64,000 bases of DNA, from NCBI GenBank assembly GCA_934527315.1, contig CAKTAK010000004.1:7109-71108 (forward strand), read 5' to 3'. This DNA comes from an uncultured Oscillospiraceae bacterium (GTDB taxonomy: Bacteria > Bacillota > Clostridia > Oscillospirales > Oscillospiraceae). Shown here piece after piece: positions 27,387 to 35,902 of this stretch (its first letter is position 1; every line of letters begins with the position of its first letter). A model generated the notes under the pieces. That model was not told the origin of the DNA and made no database searches. It was given only the letters and a program-made list of their open reading frames with translations. The position numbers and the translations under genes are program-made.

Positions 27387-29126
27387 ATGCCCACACCAAA
27401 AGAACTATTTCTGGAAACCATTCGTCCCGACGGCCAGCCGGAGCGGGCGCTGAAACAATATGAGGCTCTGTCCATGTGTCTGGATGACCCTATCAATACC
27501 TTTCTCCGGGGCAATCGAAAGCGGGGCACCACCAGCGTGGACCGTTGGGGCACCACCATCAGTTTCCCGGAAACCGCCCCCGGTCCCATGCCCCTCCACG
27601 GCGAGGGTTTGACCGTCTGTCCGGACATCACCCGTTGGGAAGAAACCGTCCGCGTACCGGATATTGCCGGCCGCTGTACGGAGGGTTGGGAGGAATGCCG
27701 CACCCGCGCCCGGGAGCGCTGCGGGGAGGACAAATTGCTCACCGCCTTTATGGGTACGGGTATTTTTGAGCAGTGCCATTTCCTCATGGGCTTTGAGGAC
27801 ACGCTGACCAATCTCTATGAGCACCCGCAGGAAATGCATGCCCTCATTGAGACCATTACGGAATACCGGATTCTCTACGCAAAGCTGCTGATTGACAATC
27901 TCCGCCCGGACGCCATTTTGTCCCACGATGACTGGGGTACCAAGGCTGCGCTGTTTATGAAACCGGAAATGTGGCGGGAATTCTTCAAAGAGCCCTACCG
28001 CCGATTCTACGGATATATCCGCTCCCGGGGCGTCATTGCCATTCACCATGCCGACTCCTATTTGGTTCCCATTGTGGACGATATGGCGGAAATCGGTATT
28101 CAGGTGTGGCAGGGTACGCTGCCGGAAAATGATATTCCCGCGCTGCAGCGCCATTTGCAGGGCAAGCTGACTTTGATGGGCGGTTTCGGTGCCGCCATTG
28201 ACCGGGCAGACGCACAGCCGGAAGAAATTCTGGATTATGCCGCACGGACCCTCCGCGCCTGCTGCCCCGGCGGACATTTTATTCCCTGCATTACCTATGG
28301 TCTGCCCGGTGCGGTGTTTCCCCAGGTCGACCAATCTTTGAATGAGGCTGTGGACCGATACAACGCAGAGCTCCATGTGCCCCATTTCCCCCTGCCTGCC
28401 GTGCCCCGGCGGTGCAAATCGCTACAAACCGCCGGAAGCGCCGGAGACACCGCCGCAGCTGCCGATGACAGCGGCGCAGACCTGATGAGCCGCATTGCCA
28501 AAGCCTTGGAGCACGGACAGCAGAAAAAGCTGCTCCAGCTGTGTCAGCAAGCCTTGGACGATGGCTATGCCCCCCAAGAGATTCTCTCCCAAGGCATGAT
28601 GCAGGGCATGAATGTGTTGGGCGAGGCATTTTCCGCCAACCGCGCCTTTGTGCCGGAGATGCTCATGGCTGCCCGGTGCATGACCGCCGCCACAGAAATG
28701 CTCAAGCCCTACATGATTTCCGAAAACGCGGAGCAGTTGGGGCGGGTCTGTCTGGGTACGGTGAAAGGCGACATGCATGACATCGGCAAAAATCTGGTGA
28801 AAATCATGATGGAGGGCAGCGGCATTGAAGTCATTGATCTGGGCGTTGACGTGGACCCGCAGGACTTTGTGGATACCGCCGTTGCGGAGCACTGCGGCAT
28901 CATCGCCTGCTCCTCTCTGCTGACCACCACCATGCAGGAAATGCAGTCCGTGGTCCAACTGGTTGCCCGGCGCGGTCTGCGGGACAACATTAAAATTATG
29001 GTGGGCGGCGCGCCCATCAGCCAGAATTTCTGCGAGAGCATCGGTGCAGATATTTATACGGCAGACGCAGCCGCCGCTGCCCGCGCCGCCGTGCAGGTCT
29101 TTCAAGACCGGAAATCCGCCGGCTGA
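27387..29126 (+). CDS. Fusion protein: UroD-family (MtaA/CmuA-like) methyltransferase domain plus C-terminal cobalamin-binding domain
   Basis: 579 aa. N-terminal ~345 aa are UroD-like (ILSHDDWGTKAALFMKPEMWREFF...IAIHHADS). C-terminal B12-binding Rossmann domain with the DxHxxG motif GDMHDIGKNLV. Confidence 0.8.
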   Translation: MPTPKELFLETIRPDGQPERALKQYEALSMCLDDPINTFLRGNRKRGTTSVDRWGTTISFPETAPGPMPLHGEGLTVCPDITRWEETVRVPDIAGRCTEGWEECRTRARERCGEDKLLTAFMGTGIFEQCHFLMGFEDTLTNLYEHPQEMHALIETITEYRILYAKLLIDNLRPDAILSHDDWGTKAALFMKPEMWREFFKEPYRRFYGYIRSRGVIAIHHADSYLVPIVDDMAEIGIQVWQGTLPENDIPALQRHLQGKLTLMGGFGAAIDRADAQPEEILDYAARTLRACCPGGHFIPCITYGLPGAVFPQVDQSLNEAVDRYNAELHVPHFPLPAVPRRCKSLQTAGSAGDTAAAADDSGADLMSRIAKALEHGQQKKLLQLCQQALDDGYAPQEILSQGMMQGMNVLGEAFSANRAFVPEMLMAARCMTAATEMLKPYMISENAEQLGRVCLGTVKGDMHDIGKNLVKIMMEGSGIEVIDLGVDVDPQDFVDTAVAEHCGIIACSSLLTTTMQEMQSVVQLVARRGLRDNIKIMVGGAPISQNFCESIGADIYTADAAAAARAAVQVFQDRKSAG

Positions 29127-29180
29127 ACGACCGCTCCGCAAAAAATCATTCAGAATCGGACAGAATGGAAGGATATCAAT

Positions 29181-30215
29181 ATGCTGGCTTATACATATCT
29201 ATCAAAGGGTACATTCGCATTGACCGAGAAACCGAAACCGGAGCTGCTCCATGAGCGGGACGCCATTGTCAAGGTCACATTGGCCAGTATTTGCTCCAGT
29301 GACCTGCACATCAAGCACGGAAGTGTTCCCCGGGCTGTTCCAGGTATCACCGTGGGTCATGAGATGGTGGGCATTGTGGAATCGGTGGGCAGCGCCATAA
29401 CCAACGTCAAACCGGGCGACCGGGTGACCGTGAACGTGGAAACATTCTGCGGCGAGTGCTTTTTCTGCAAGAAGGGCTACGTGAACAACTGCACCGACCA
29501 AAACGGCGGTTGGGCACTGGGCTGCCGCATTGACGGCGGGCAAGCGGAATATGTACGGGTGCCTTTTGCCGACCAGGGCTTGAACAAAATTCCCGACGGT
29601 GTGACCGACCGACAGGCGCTGTTTGTGGGCGATATCCTCGCCACCGGATTTTGGGCGGCGCGTATTTCCGAGATTACTCCGGAGGATACCGTGCTGATGA
29701 TCGGCGCCGGTCCCACCGGCATTTGCACTCTGCTGTGCGTAATGCTCAAGAATCCCAAGCGCATCATTGTGTGCGAAAAGGACGAAAACCGCATTCGCTT
29801 TATCAACGAACACTATCCGGAGGTGCTGACGGTCTCTCCGGAGGCATGTCTGGACTTTGTGCAGGAAAACAGCGACCACGGCGGTGCCGATGTGGTGCTG
29901 GAAGTGGCAGGCGCGGATTCCACATTCCGTCTGGCATGGGAATGCGCCAGACCGAACGCCATTGTGACGGTGGTAGCGCTGTATGACAAAGCGCAGACCC
30001 TGCCCCTGCCGGATATGTACGGCAAAAACCTCATCTTCAAAACCGGCGGTGTTGACGGCTGCAACTGCGAGGAAACGCTGCAATTGATTGCCGAGGGCAA
30101 AATCAACACCGAGCCGCTGATTACCCACACCTATCCCCTCAGCAAAATCGAAGAGGCTTACGAATTGTTCGAAAACAAGCGGGACAACGTCATCAAAGTT
30201 GCCGTGGAGTGCTAA
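29181..30215 (+). CDS. Zinc-dependent medium-chain alcohol dehydrogenase (threonine/sorbitol dehydrogenase-like)
   Basis: 344 aa. Zn ligands CSSDLH..GHE.. and structural Zn cysteines CGECFFCKKGYVNNC. Confidence 0.85.
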   Translation: MLAYTYLSKGTFALTEKPKPELLHERDAIVKVTLASICSSDLHIKHGSVPRAVPGITVGHEMVGIVESVGSAITNVKPGDRVTVNVETFCGECFFCKKGYVNNCTDQNGGWALGCRIDGGQAEYVRVPFADQGLNKIPDGVTDRQALFVGDILATGFWAARISEITPEDTVLMIGAGPTGICTLLCVMLKNPKRIIVCEKDENRIRFINEHYPEVLTVSPEACLDFVQENSDHGGADVVLEVAGADSTFRLAWECARPNAIVTVVALYDKAQTLPLPDMYGKNLIFKTGGVDGCNCEETLQLIAEGKINTEPLITHTYPLSKIEEAYELFENKRDNVIKVAVEC

Positions 30216-30233
30216 GCATCATAAAAACAAGAA

Positions 30234-30265
30234 AACCGAGTATCGCGAAAGATACTCGGTTTTTG
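30234..30265 (+). terminator. Rho-independent terminator after the ADH gene
   Basis: ACCGAGTATC-gcgaaa-GATACTCGGT followed by TTTT. Confidence 0.75.
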
Positions 30266-30320
30266 GTGTATTTGAAATTTGGAAAAAAGAAAAGCATCTG
30301 CTAATGCAGATGCCCTCTAT

Positions 30321-30395
30321 TGGAGGCGCCACCCAGATTTGAACTGGGGAATCGCGGATTTGCAGTCCACTGCCTTACCACTTGGCTATGGCGCC
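30321..30395 (-). tRNA. tRNA-Cys (GCA)
   Basis: Reverse complement ggcgccatagccaagtggtaaggcagtggactGCAaatcc...tggcgcctcca. Cloverleaf with anticodon GCA and an encoded CCA. Confidence 0.85.
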
Positions 30396-30457
30396 ATATT
30401 CAGAAAAACAGGAAAGAGGAAATTCCGCCGTCGCGGAATCCTCTCCTGATTATAAGA

Positions 30458-30533
30458 TGGAGCGGGCGACGAGGCTCGAACTCGCTACCTCCACCTTGGC
30501 AAGGTGGCGCTCTACCGGATGAGCTACGCCCGC
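30458..30533 (-). tRNA. tRNA-Gly (GCC)
   Basis: Reverse complement gcgggcgtagctcatccggtagagcgccaccttGCCaaggtgg...cgcccgctcca. Confidence 0.85.
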
Positions 30534-30560
30534 ATATAACCCGAAAGAAATTCTTTCGGG

Positions 30561-30636
<76 letters not shown>

Positions 30637-30665
30637 ACATCACTGCGCTGCACACTTTTGAATTT

Positions 30666-30741
30666 TGGTGGGAACAACAGGGCTCGAACCTGTGACCCCC
30701 TGCTTGTAAGGCAGGTGCTCTCCCAGCTGAGCTATGCTCCC
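30666..30741 (-). tRNA. tRNA-Val (TAC)
   Basis: Reverse complement gggagcatagctcagctgggagagcacctgccttTACaagcagg...gttcccacca. Confidence 0.85.
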
Positions 30742-30762
30742 TAATCCATCAGCGGCTTTGCT

Positions 30763-30791
30763 ATTATAACCTGATGTGCCCCTATTTGTCA
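30763..30791 (-). promoter_or_regulatory. Consensus sigma-A promoter for the tRNA Val-Phe-Gly-Cys operon
   Basis: On the minus strand, TTGACA-N17/18-TATAAT, about 20 nt upstream of tRNA-Val. Confidence 0.5.
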
Positions 30792-30821
30792 ATAACTTTT
30801 TTTAAGTTTTTTAAATTATTT

Positions 30822-31712
30822 TTATTCGGCAGATTCTGCCACTTTTTTTGCCAGAATTTCGCCCACATCTGCAGGGGTGAACGTATACACTGTATCGCAG
30901 AACTGGCAGTTAACGTGAATGTCCTCGCCGGAGCGGATAATATCCTGCAGCTCGCTGTTGTCGATGGTCTGCAGCGCCTCCTCCAGTCGGGCACGGCTGC
31001 AGGTGCAGCGATACTCCACGGGAATCTCCTCCACGATTTCCGGCTCCAGATCCTTCATCACGTTCTTAATCAGTTCCTCCGCGCCGCCGTCGCTCAGCTG
31101 CATGGTCACAGAGTCCATGAGGAAAATATTATCCTCCAGCTTTTCAATCATGGATTCCGGAGCACCAGGCAGCAGCTGCACAATAAAGCCGCCTGCCTGC
31201 GCCACACTCAAATCCGTTTCCACCAGAACGCCCAGACCCACAGCGGCGGGAATCTGCTCGCTCTCGGTCATATAAGCTGCCACGTCCTCGGCAATTTCGC
31301 CGCTGACGATTTCCGTGCTGCCGATATAGGGTTCCTTCAAACCGATGTCACGGCTTACGGTGAGCATACCGTCTCTGCCCACAGCGCCGCCCACGTCCAG
31401 CTTGCCGTCCGGGCGCAAAGGCAAATCGCACTCCGGGTTGCCCACATAGCCCCGCACGTTGCCGTTGGAATCGGACACCGCCAAAACGCCGCCCAAAGGA
31501 CCGCCGCCGTTGATACGCATGGTCAGGCTGGCCTTTTCTTCCTTCATCATATTTCCCAACAGGCTGGCTGCGCACAGCAGTCTGCCCAATGCCGCCGTTG
31601 CGGTGGGGGTGGTGTGATGAATTTCTTTTGCCCGAGCCACCATCTCCCGTCCGTCCACTGCGGAAATTTTAATCATGCCGTCTTTGCTCATGGCGCGAAT
31701 GATTTTATCCAT
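30822..31712 (-). CDS. hslO: Hsp33 redox-regulated chaperone
   Basis: 296 aa. C-terminal Zn/redox-switch cysteines CTCSRARLE..CQFCDTVY. Confidence 0.9.
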   Translation of the reverse strand: MDKIIRAMSKDGMIKISAVDGREMVARAKEIHHTTPTATAALGRLLCAASLLGNMMKEEKASLTMRINGGGPLGGVLAVSDSNGNVRGYVGNPECDLPLRPDGKLDVGGAVGRDGMLTVSRDIGLKEPYIGSTEIVSGEIAEDVAAYMTESEQIPAAVGLGVLVETDLSVAQAGGFIVQLLPGAPESMIEKLEDNIFLMDSVTMQLSDGGAEELIKNVMKDLEPEIVEEIPVEYRCTCSRARLEEALQTIDNSELQDIIRSGEDIHVNCQFCDTVYTFTPADVGEILAKKVAESAE

Positions 31713-31745
31713 AATAAATGTGTTCTCTCCTTTTGATGTCCCAAT

Positions 31746-32486
31746 TTAATGGGGCGTGTTTTCCGCCGTAAAGAATACACGGCCCTGCGCAGCCTGAGGA
31801 CCATGGGCGTCTGCGGCAATGTTGATAAATCCCGCCTGCTCCAGCCAATGGGTCAGCTGCTCCACGGAATAGGCATACTCCACATGCTCTTCCTCGCTCC
31901 GCTCCCACAAATCGTCCTCTGCGTAGCTGAACAAGTCCATGCCGTAAAACAGCGCCTGCTCCGTCTCGTCAAATTCCGCCCGCCAAAGGCACAGTACGTC
32001 CTCCTGCTCGTCCACAAACACCTGACCGTCCAGAGAACGGAGCCGCTCCGGGGAATTGACGTCGAAAATCAGCAAGCCGTCCGGTCGGATAAACAGATGC
32101 AGCCGCCGGAGCAGCTCCTTCAAATCCGCCTCCGGCAGGTAGTTAAATCCGTCCAGAGAGCAAACCGCTGCGTCCACCACATCGTTCAAGTCCAAATGCG
32201 CGGCATCTTGACAGAGAATCAGCGGCGGAACCGCATCTTCCAGCTCAGCGGCTTTTTCGCTCAATTCCATCAGCATATCCGCCGAGGCATCTGCCGCAAT
32301 CATCTCATAGCCCCGCTGCGCCATGATGCAGGTCAAGGTGCCCGTTCCGCAGGCAAAGTCCAATAGGGTATGCACCGACTTTTCCCGATCCCGGAATCGA
32401 GCCTCATAATAATCGGCAAAGGTTTCATAAGGCACGTCGCCGGTCAGACTGTCATACCAACGTGCCAACTCCATATAGGCGCTCAT
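31746..32486 (-). CDS. Class I SAM-dependent methyltransferase
   Basis: 246 aa with SAM-binding motif I LLDFACGTGTLT. Confidence 0.75.
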   Translation of the reverse strand: MSAYMELARWYDSLTGDVPYETFADYYEARFRDREKSVHTLLDFACGTGTLTCIMAQRGYEMIAADASADMLMELSEKAAELEDAVPPLILCQDAAHLDLNDVVDAAVCSLDGFNYLPEADLKELLRRLHLFIRPDGLLIFDVNSPERLRSLDGQVFVDEQEDVLCLWRAEFDETEQALFYGMDLFSYAEDDLWERSEEEHVEYAYSVEQLTHWLEQAGFINIAADAHGPQAAQGRVFFTAENTPH

Positions 32487-32782
32487 TCGTCCTCCTGCTC
32501 CTCCAATCGGCCGAACACGATTTCATAACCGCCCTTGCCGTACTGCAAGCTGCGGTTGACCCGGCTGATGGTTGCGCTGGATGCCCCGGTTTTTTCCAGA
32601 ATGTCGTTGTAAATCATTCCCTGATTCAGATAGGTTGCCACCTGATAGCGCTGCTCCATAGCCTGCAGCTCCGTCACCGTGCAAAGGTCGTCGAAAAAGA
32701 TTTTGCACTCCTCCAAGGTCCGCAGGGTCAGAATGGCCTCATACAGCGCATCGCTCCGGGGTTTCTTGTTCTGTTTGTTCAT
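32483..32782 (-). CDS. YerC/YecD-family (TrpR-like) DNA-binding protein
   Basis: About 99 aa from MNKQNKKPRSDALYEAILTLRTLEECKIFFDDLCTVTELQAMEQR.., a TrpR-like helix-turn-helix. Confidence 0.7.
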   Translation of the reverse strand: MNKQNKKPRSDALYEAILTLRTLEECKIFFDDLCTVTELQAMEQRYQVATYLNQGMIYNDILEKTGASSATISRVNRSLQYGKGGYEIVFGRLEEQEDE

Positions 32783-33072
32783 GATTTCCTCCAATACCAT
32801 ACTCCATAAATTCTATGCGAAAGCGAAAAATGTTTCGCTTAGGAATTTCACACTTTAGTGCGTGAATTCATTGTACCCTATTTTATCTGAAAAGTAAACG
32901 TTTCCTTGCAATATTTCCAAATTATTTACTTTTTCGGGTTGGGCGCTCCATCGGGAAACTCTTGCTTTTCTTCCCGGAAAACGATATAATGCAATTGTAA
33001 ATACTGCTGCAAAACTGACCGGGAAACCGCCGGTATTTTGCAGCACTTTCCCACAGAAAGGGGCGATTTCTC

Positions 33073-33564
33073 ATGGCAGTTGTATTATCCCTGACGGGCG
33101 GCCGCACCGGTCTGACCTTGATGTGGCTCGGTCTGATGCTGGCTCTGCTGCTGATTGAGGTTCTGACGGTCAATCTGACTACCATTTGGTTTGCGTTAGG
33201 CGCTTTGGCAGCGCTCATCAGCAGTCTGTTTCATGCGCCGCTGTGGCTGCAGGTCATTTGGTTTCTTCTGGTTTCCGTTGTCACCTTGATTTGCACCAAG
33301 CCGCTGGTGAAAAAATTCGTCAACGGACGGACCCAACCCACCAACGCGGATATGGTCATCGGCAAAATCTGCGTGGTCATGGAGCCGATTGACAATCTCC
33401 GGGGCACCGGAACCGTTACCGTCGGCGGAAAAACATGGACCGCCAGAAGTGAAACCGGCGATGTATTCGCTCCGGGCGAGCGGGTCGTTGCCCGGAAAAT
33501 CGAAGGGGTTAAATTGATTGTGGCCGCGCCGGAGCCGGTGGACGCCGCAAAAAATACACCATAA
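33073..33564 (+). CDS. NfeD-family membrane protein (OB-fold, stomatin-operon partner)
   Basis: 163 aa. N-terminal transmembrane helices and a C-terminal beta domain. Immediately precedes the SPFH gene. Confidence 0.75.
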   Translation: MAVVLSLTGGRTGLTLMWLGLMLALLLIEVLTVNLTTIWFALGALAALISSLFHAPLWLQVIWFLLVSVVTLICTKPLVKKFVNGRTQPTNADMVIGKICVVMEPIDNLRGTGTVTVGGKTWTARSETGDVFAPGERVVARKIEGVKLIVAAPEPVDAAKNTP

Positions 33565-33592
33565 TTTTGAGAGAGCATAGGAGGTATTCATA

Positions 33593-34510
33593 ATGTTAGG
33601 ATTTTTTCAAATGTTTCCGGTTATTCTGCTCATCATTCTGATTCTGCTGATTATCATTAAAAACGTCCGTGTCGTTCAGCAGGCCAGTGCATACGTCATC
33701 GAACGTCTGGGCGCTTACAGCACCACATGGAGCGTGGGTCTGCATGTTAAAATTCCGTTCATCGAGCGCGTGGCAAAAGTGGTTTCCCTGAAAGAGCAGG
33801 TAGCCGACTTCCCGCCCCAGCCGGTGATTACGAAGGATAACGTCACCATGCAGATTGATACCGTAGTGTATTTCCAGATTACGGACCCGAAACTGTATAC
33901 CTACGGTGTGGAGCAGCCCATGCTGGCCATTGAGAGCCTGTCCGCCACCACCCTGCGTAACATCATCGGTGATCTGGATTTGGACCAGTGCCTGACCAGC
34001 CGGGATATCATCAACAGCAAAATGCGCGTCATTCTGGACGAAGCCACCGACCCTTGGGGCATTAAGGTCCACCGGGTGGAGCTGAAGAACATCATTCCGC
34101 CCAGAGAGATTCAGGACGCTATGGAAAAACAGATGAAGGCCGAACGGGAACGCCGGGAATCCATTCTCCGGGCAGAAGGCGAAAAGCGGGCTGCTATTCT
34201 GGAGGCCGAGGGCGAAAAGGAATCCGCCATTCTCCGTGCCGATGCAAAGAAACAGCAGCAGATTCTGGAGGCACAGGGCGAGGCAGAGGCCATTCTCACT
34301 GTGCAAAAAGCAACGGCAGAGGGCTTGCGTTTGATTAACGAGGCCGCCCCCTCCGAGGCTGCCATTAAGCTCCGGGCGCTGGAGGCATTTGCCGCCGCTG
34401 CCGACGGAAAAGCAACGAAAATCATCATTCCCTCTGAAATTCAGGGTCTGGCCGGTTTGGCGGAAGGTCTGGTGGAAAGCGTTAAAAATCCCCCCGCAGC
34501 AGAGCCGTAA
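33593..34510 (+). CDS. SPFH/band-7 (stomatin-like) protein
   Basis: 305 aa. N-terminal transmembrane segment, PHB domain, C-terminal coiled coil rich in AEGEK repeats. Confidence 0.85.
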   Translation: MLGFFQMFPVILLIILILLIIIKNVRVVQQASAYVIERLGAYSTTWSVGLHVKIPFIERVAKVVSLKEQVADFPPQPVITKDNVTMQIDTVVYFQITDPKLYTYGVEQPMLAIESLSATTLRNIIGDLDLDQCLTSRDIINSKMRVILDEATDPWGIKVHRVELKNIIPPREIQDAMEKQMKAERERRESILRAEGEKRAAILEAEGEKESAILRADAKKQQQILEAQGEAEAILTVQKATAEGLRLINEAAPSEAAIKLRALEAFAAAADGKATKIIIPSEIQGLAGLAEGLVESVKNPPAAEP

Positions 34511-34533
34511 TCAAACCGTCATTCACAAACTGC

Positions 34534-34569
34534 ACTCCGGGTTGCCTGCAGGCAATCCGGAGTTTTTTC
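34534..34569 (+). terminator. Rho-independent terminator after the SPFH gene
   Basis: ACTCCGGGTTGCC-tgca-GGCAATCCGGAGT followed by TTTTTT. Confidence 0.7.
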
Positions 34570-34581
34570 GAAGGGAGCTTT

Positions 34582-35847
34582 ATGGAACCAACATCCTGCA
34601 CAACATTTCTCCGGCAGCACAATATGGCCCCGGAGCAGGTGGACATCGCCCAACTATCCCAAGCCATTCAAAGGGATATGACCGCCGCTTTGGCCGGAAA
34701 ACCGGCCGCAACACTGATGCTGCCCAGCTATCTGTATGCCGACGGAACCCCGGCGCAAAATGTGCCGGTCATCGTTCTGGATGCCGGCGGCACCAATTTC
34801 CGAACCGCACTGGTCACGCTGACGGAATCCGGCCCCCAAGTGGAGCAGCTCCGGGAATGTGCCATGCCCGGCACCGCCGCCCCTGCGGAATGGCCGGAAT
34901 TTATTGCGTTCTGCGCCGACCAAATTCAGCCGCTGCTGCCGCTGAGTCATACCATCGGCATTTGCTTTTCCTACTCCGCAGCGCCCCAACCGGACGGTGA
35001 CAGCCGCGTCATTCATCTGAACAAGGAAGTGGTGATTCACGGAGGGGAAAACCGCCCCATCGGCGGCGATTTGCGGGCGGAGCTGGCCCGGCGGGGCATT
35101 TCCGATGTAAAAACCGTGGTGCTCAATGACACCCTTGCCGTACAATTCGGCGCTGCGGCTGCCCACAAGCTGCCGGTGCGGGATTGTCTGGGTATGGTCT
35201 GCGGCACCGGCTCCAACATTTGCTGCGCCCTGCCTGCCGGGCAGATTCCCAAGCTGGGCGAGGAGTTTTCCGGAGATTTGCGCACCATGTTGGTGAACTG
35301 TGAAAGCGGATTTTTTACCGGAATGGCTCAAGGCACTTTTGACCGCGCTTTGGACGATTCCTCCCAAATGCCCGGGGAGTGCCTACTGGAAAAAATGGTG
35401 TCCGGAGCCTATCTGGGGCCGCTGTGCCGTCTGACCTTGCAGGCAGCCGCCCGGGAGGGGCTGTTCACATCCCGCGGACAGGAACTTCTGCTGTCTATGG
35501 ACCAACTTTCTTCCGGCGAGGCAGATACGCTCTCCGGGCCGCTGACAGCCTTATCCCAAGCGGACTTATCCATTGCCGACAGCATCATTCAGGGGCTGTT
35601 CCGCCGCTCGGCAAAAATCGTTGCAGCCGCTTTGACAGCCGTTCTGGGGCTGCGGGGCAGCGCGAATCCCTGCTATGTGGGCGCGGAGGGGTCTTTGTTC
35701 CAGAAAAGCCGCCGATTCCGCCCGGCATTGGAAGAATTCTGCAAGGCGTCGGAATCACTCCGCCCCTGCCCGCTAGAATTCCGCACCTGCCAACACACCA
35801 CGCTCATCGGCGCCGCCTGCGCTGCGCTGCTGATGAACGAATCCTGA
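34582..35847 (+). CDS. Hexokinase-family protein (eukaryotic-type hexokinase_1/_2 fold)
   Basis: 421 aa. Phosphate-1 motif VIVLDAGGTNFRTALV and an actin-fold sugar-kinase core. An AAGGGAG ribosome-binding site is present. Confidence 0.7.
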   Translation: MEPTSCTTFLRQHNMAPEQVDIAQLSQAIQRDMTAALAGKPAATLMLPSYLYADGTPAQNVPVIVLDAGGTNFRTALVTLTESGPQVEQLRECAMPGTAAPAEWPEFIAFCADQIQPLLPLSHTIGICFSYSAAPQPDGDSRVIHLNKEVVIHGGENRPIGGDLRAELARRGISDVKTVVLNDTLAVQFGAAAAHKLPVRDCLGMVCGTGSNICCALPAGQIPKLGEEFSGDLRTMLVNCESGFFTGMAQGTFDRALDDSSQMPGECLLEKMVSGAYLGPLCRLTLQAAAREGLFTSRGQELLLSMDQLSSGEADTLSGPLTALSQADLSIADSIIQGLFRRSAKIVAAALTAVLGLRGSANPCYVGAEGSLFQKSRRFRPALEEFCKASESLRPCPLEFRTCQHTTLIGAACAALLMNES

Positions 35848-35902
35848 CCATAAAAAAATCCCTCTTGCCGACAAAAGCAAGAGGGATTTTGTATTGCAAT
35901 GT

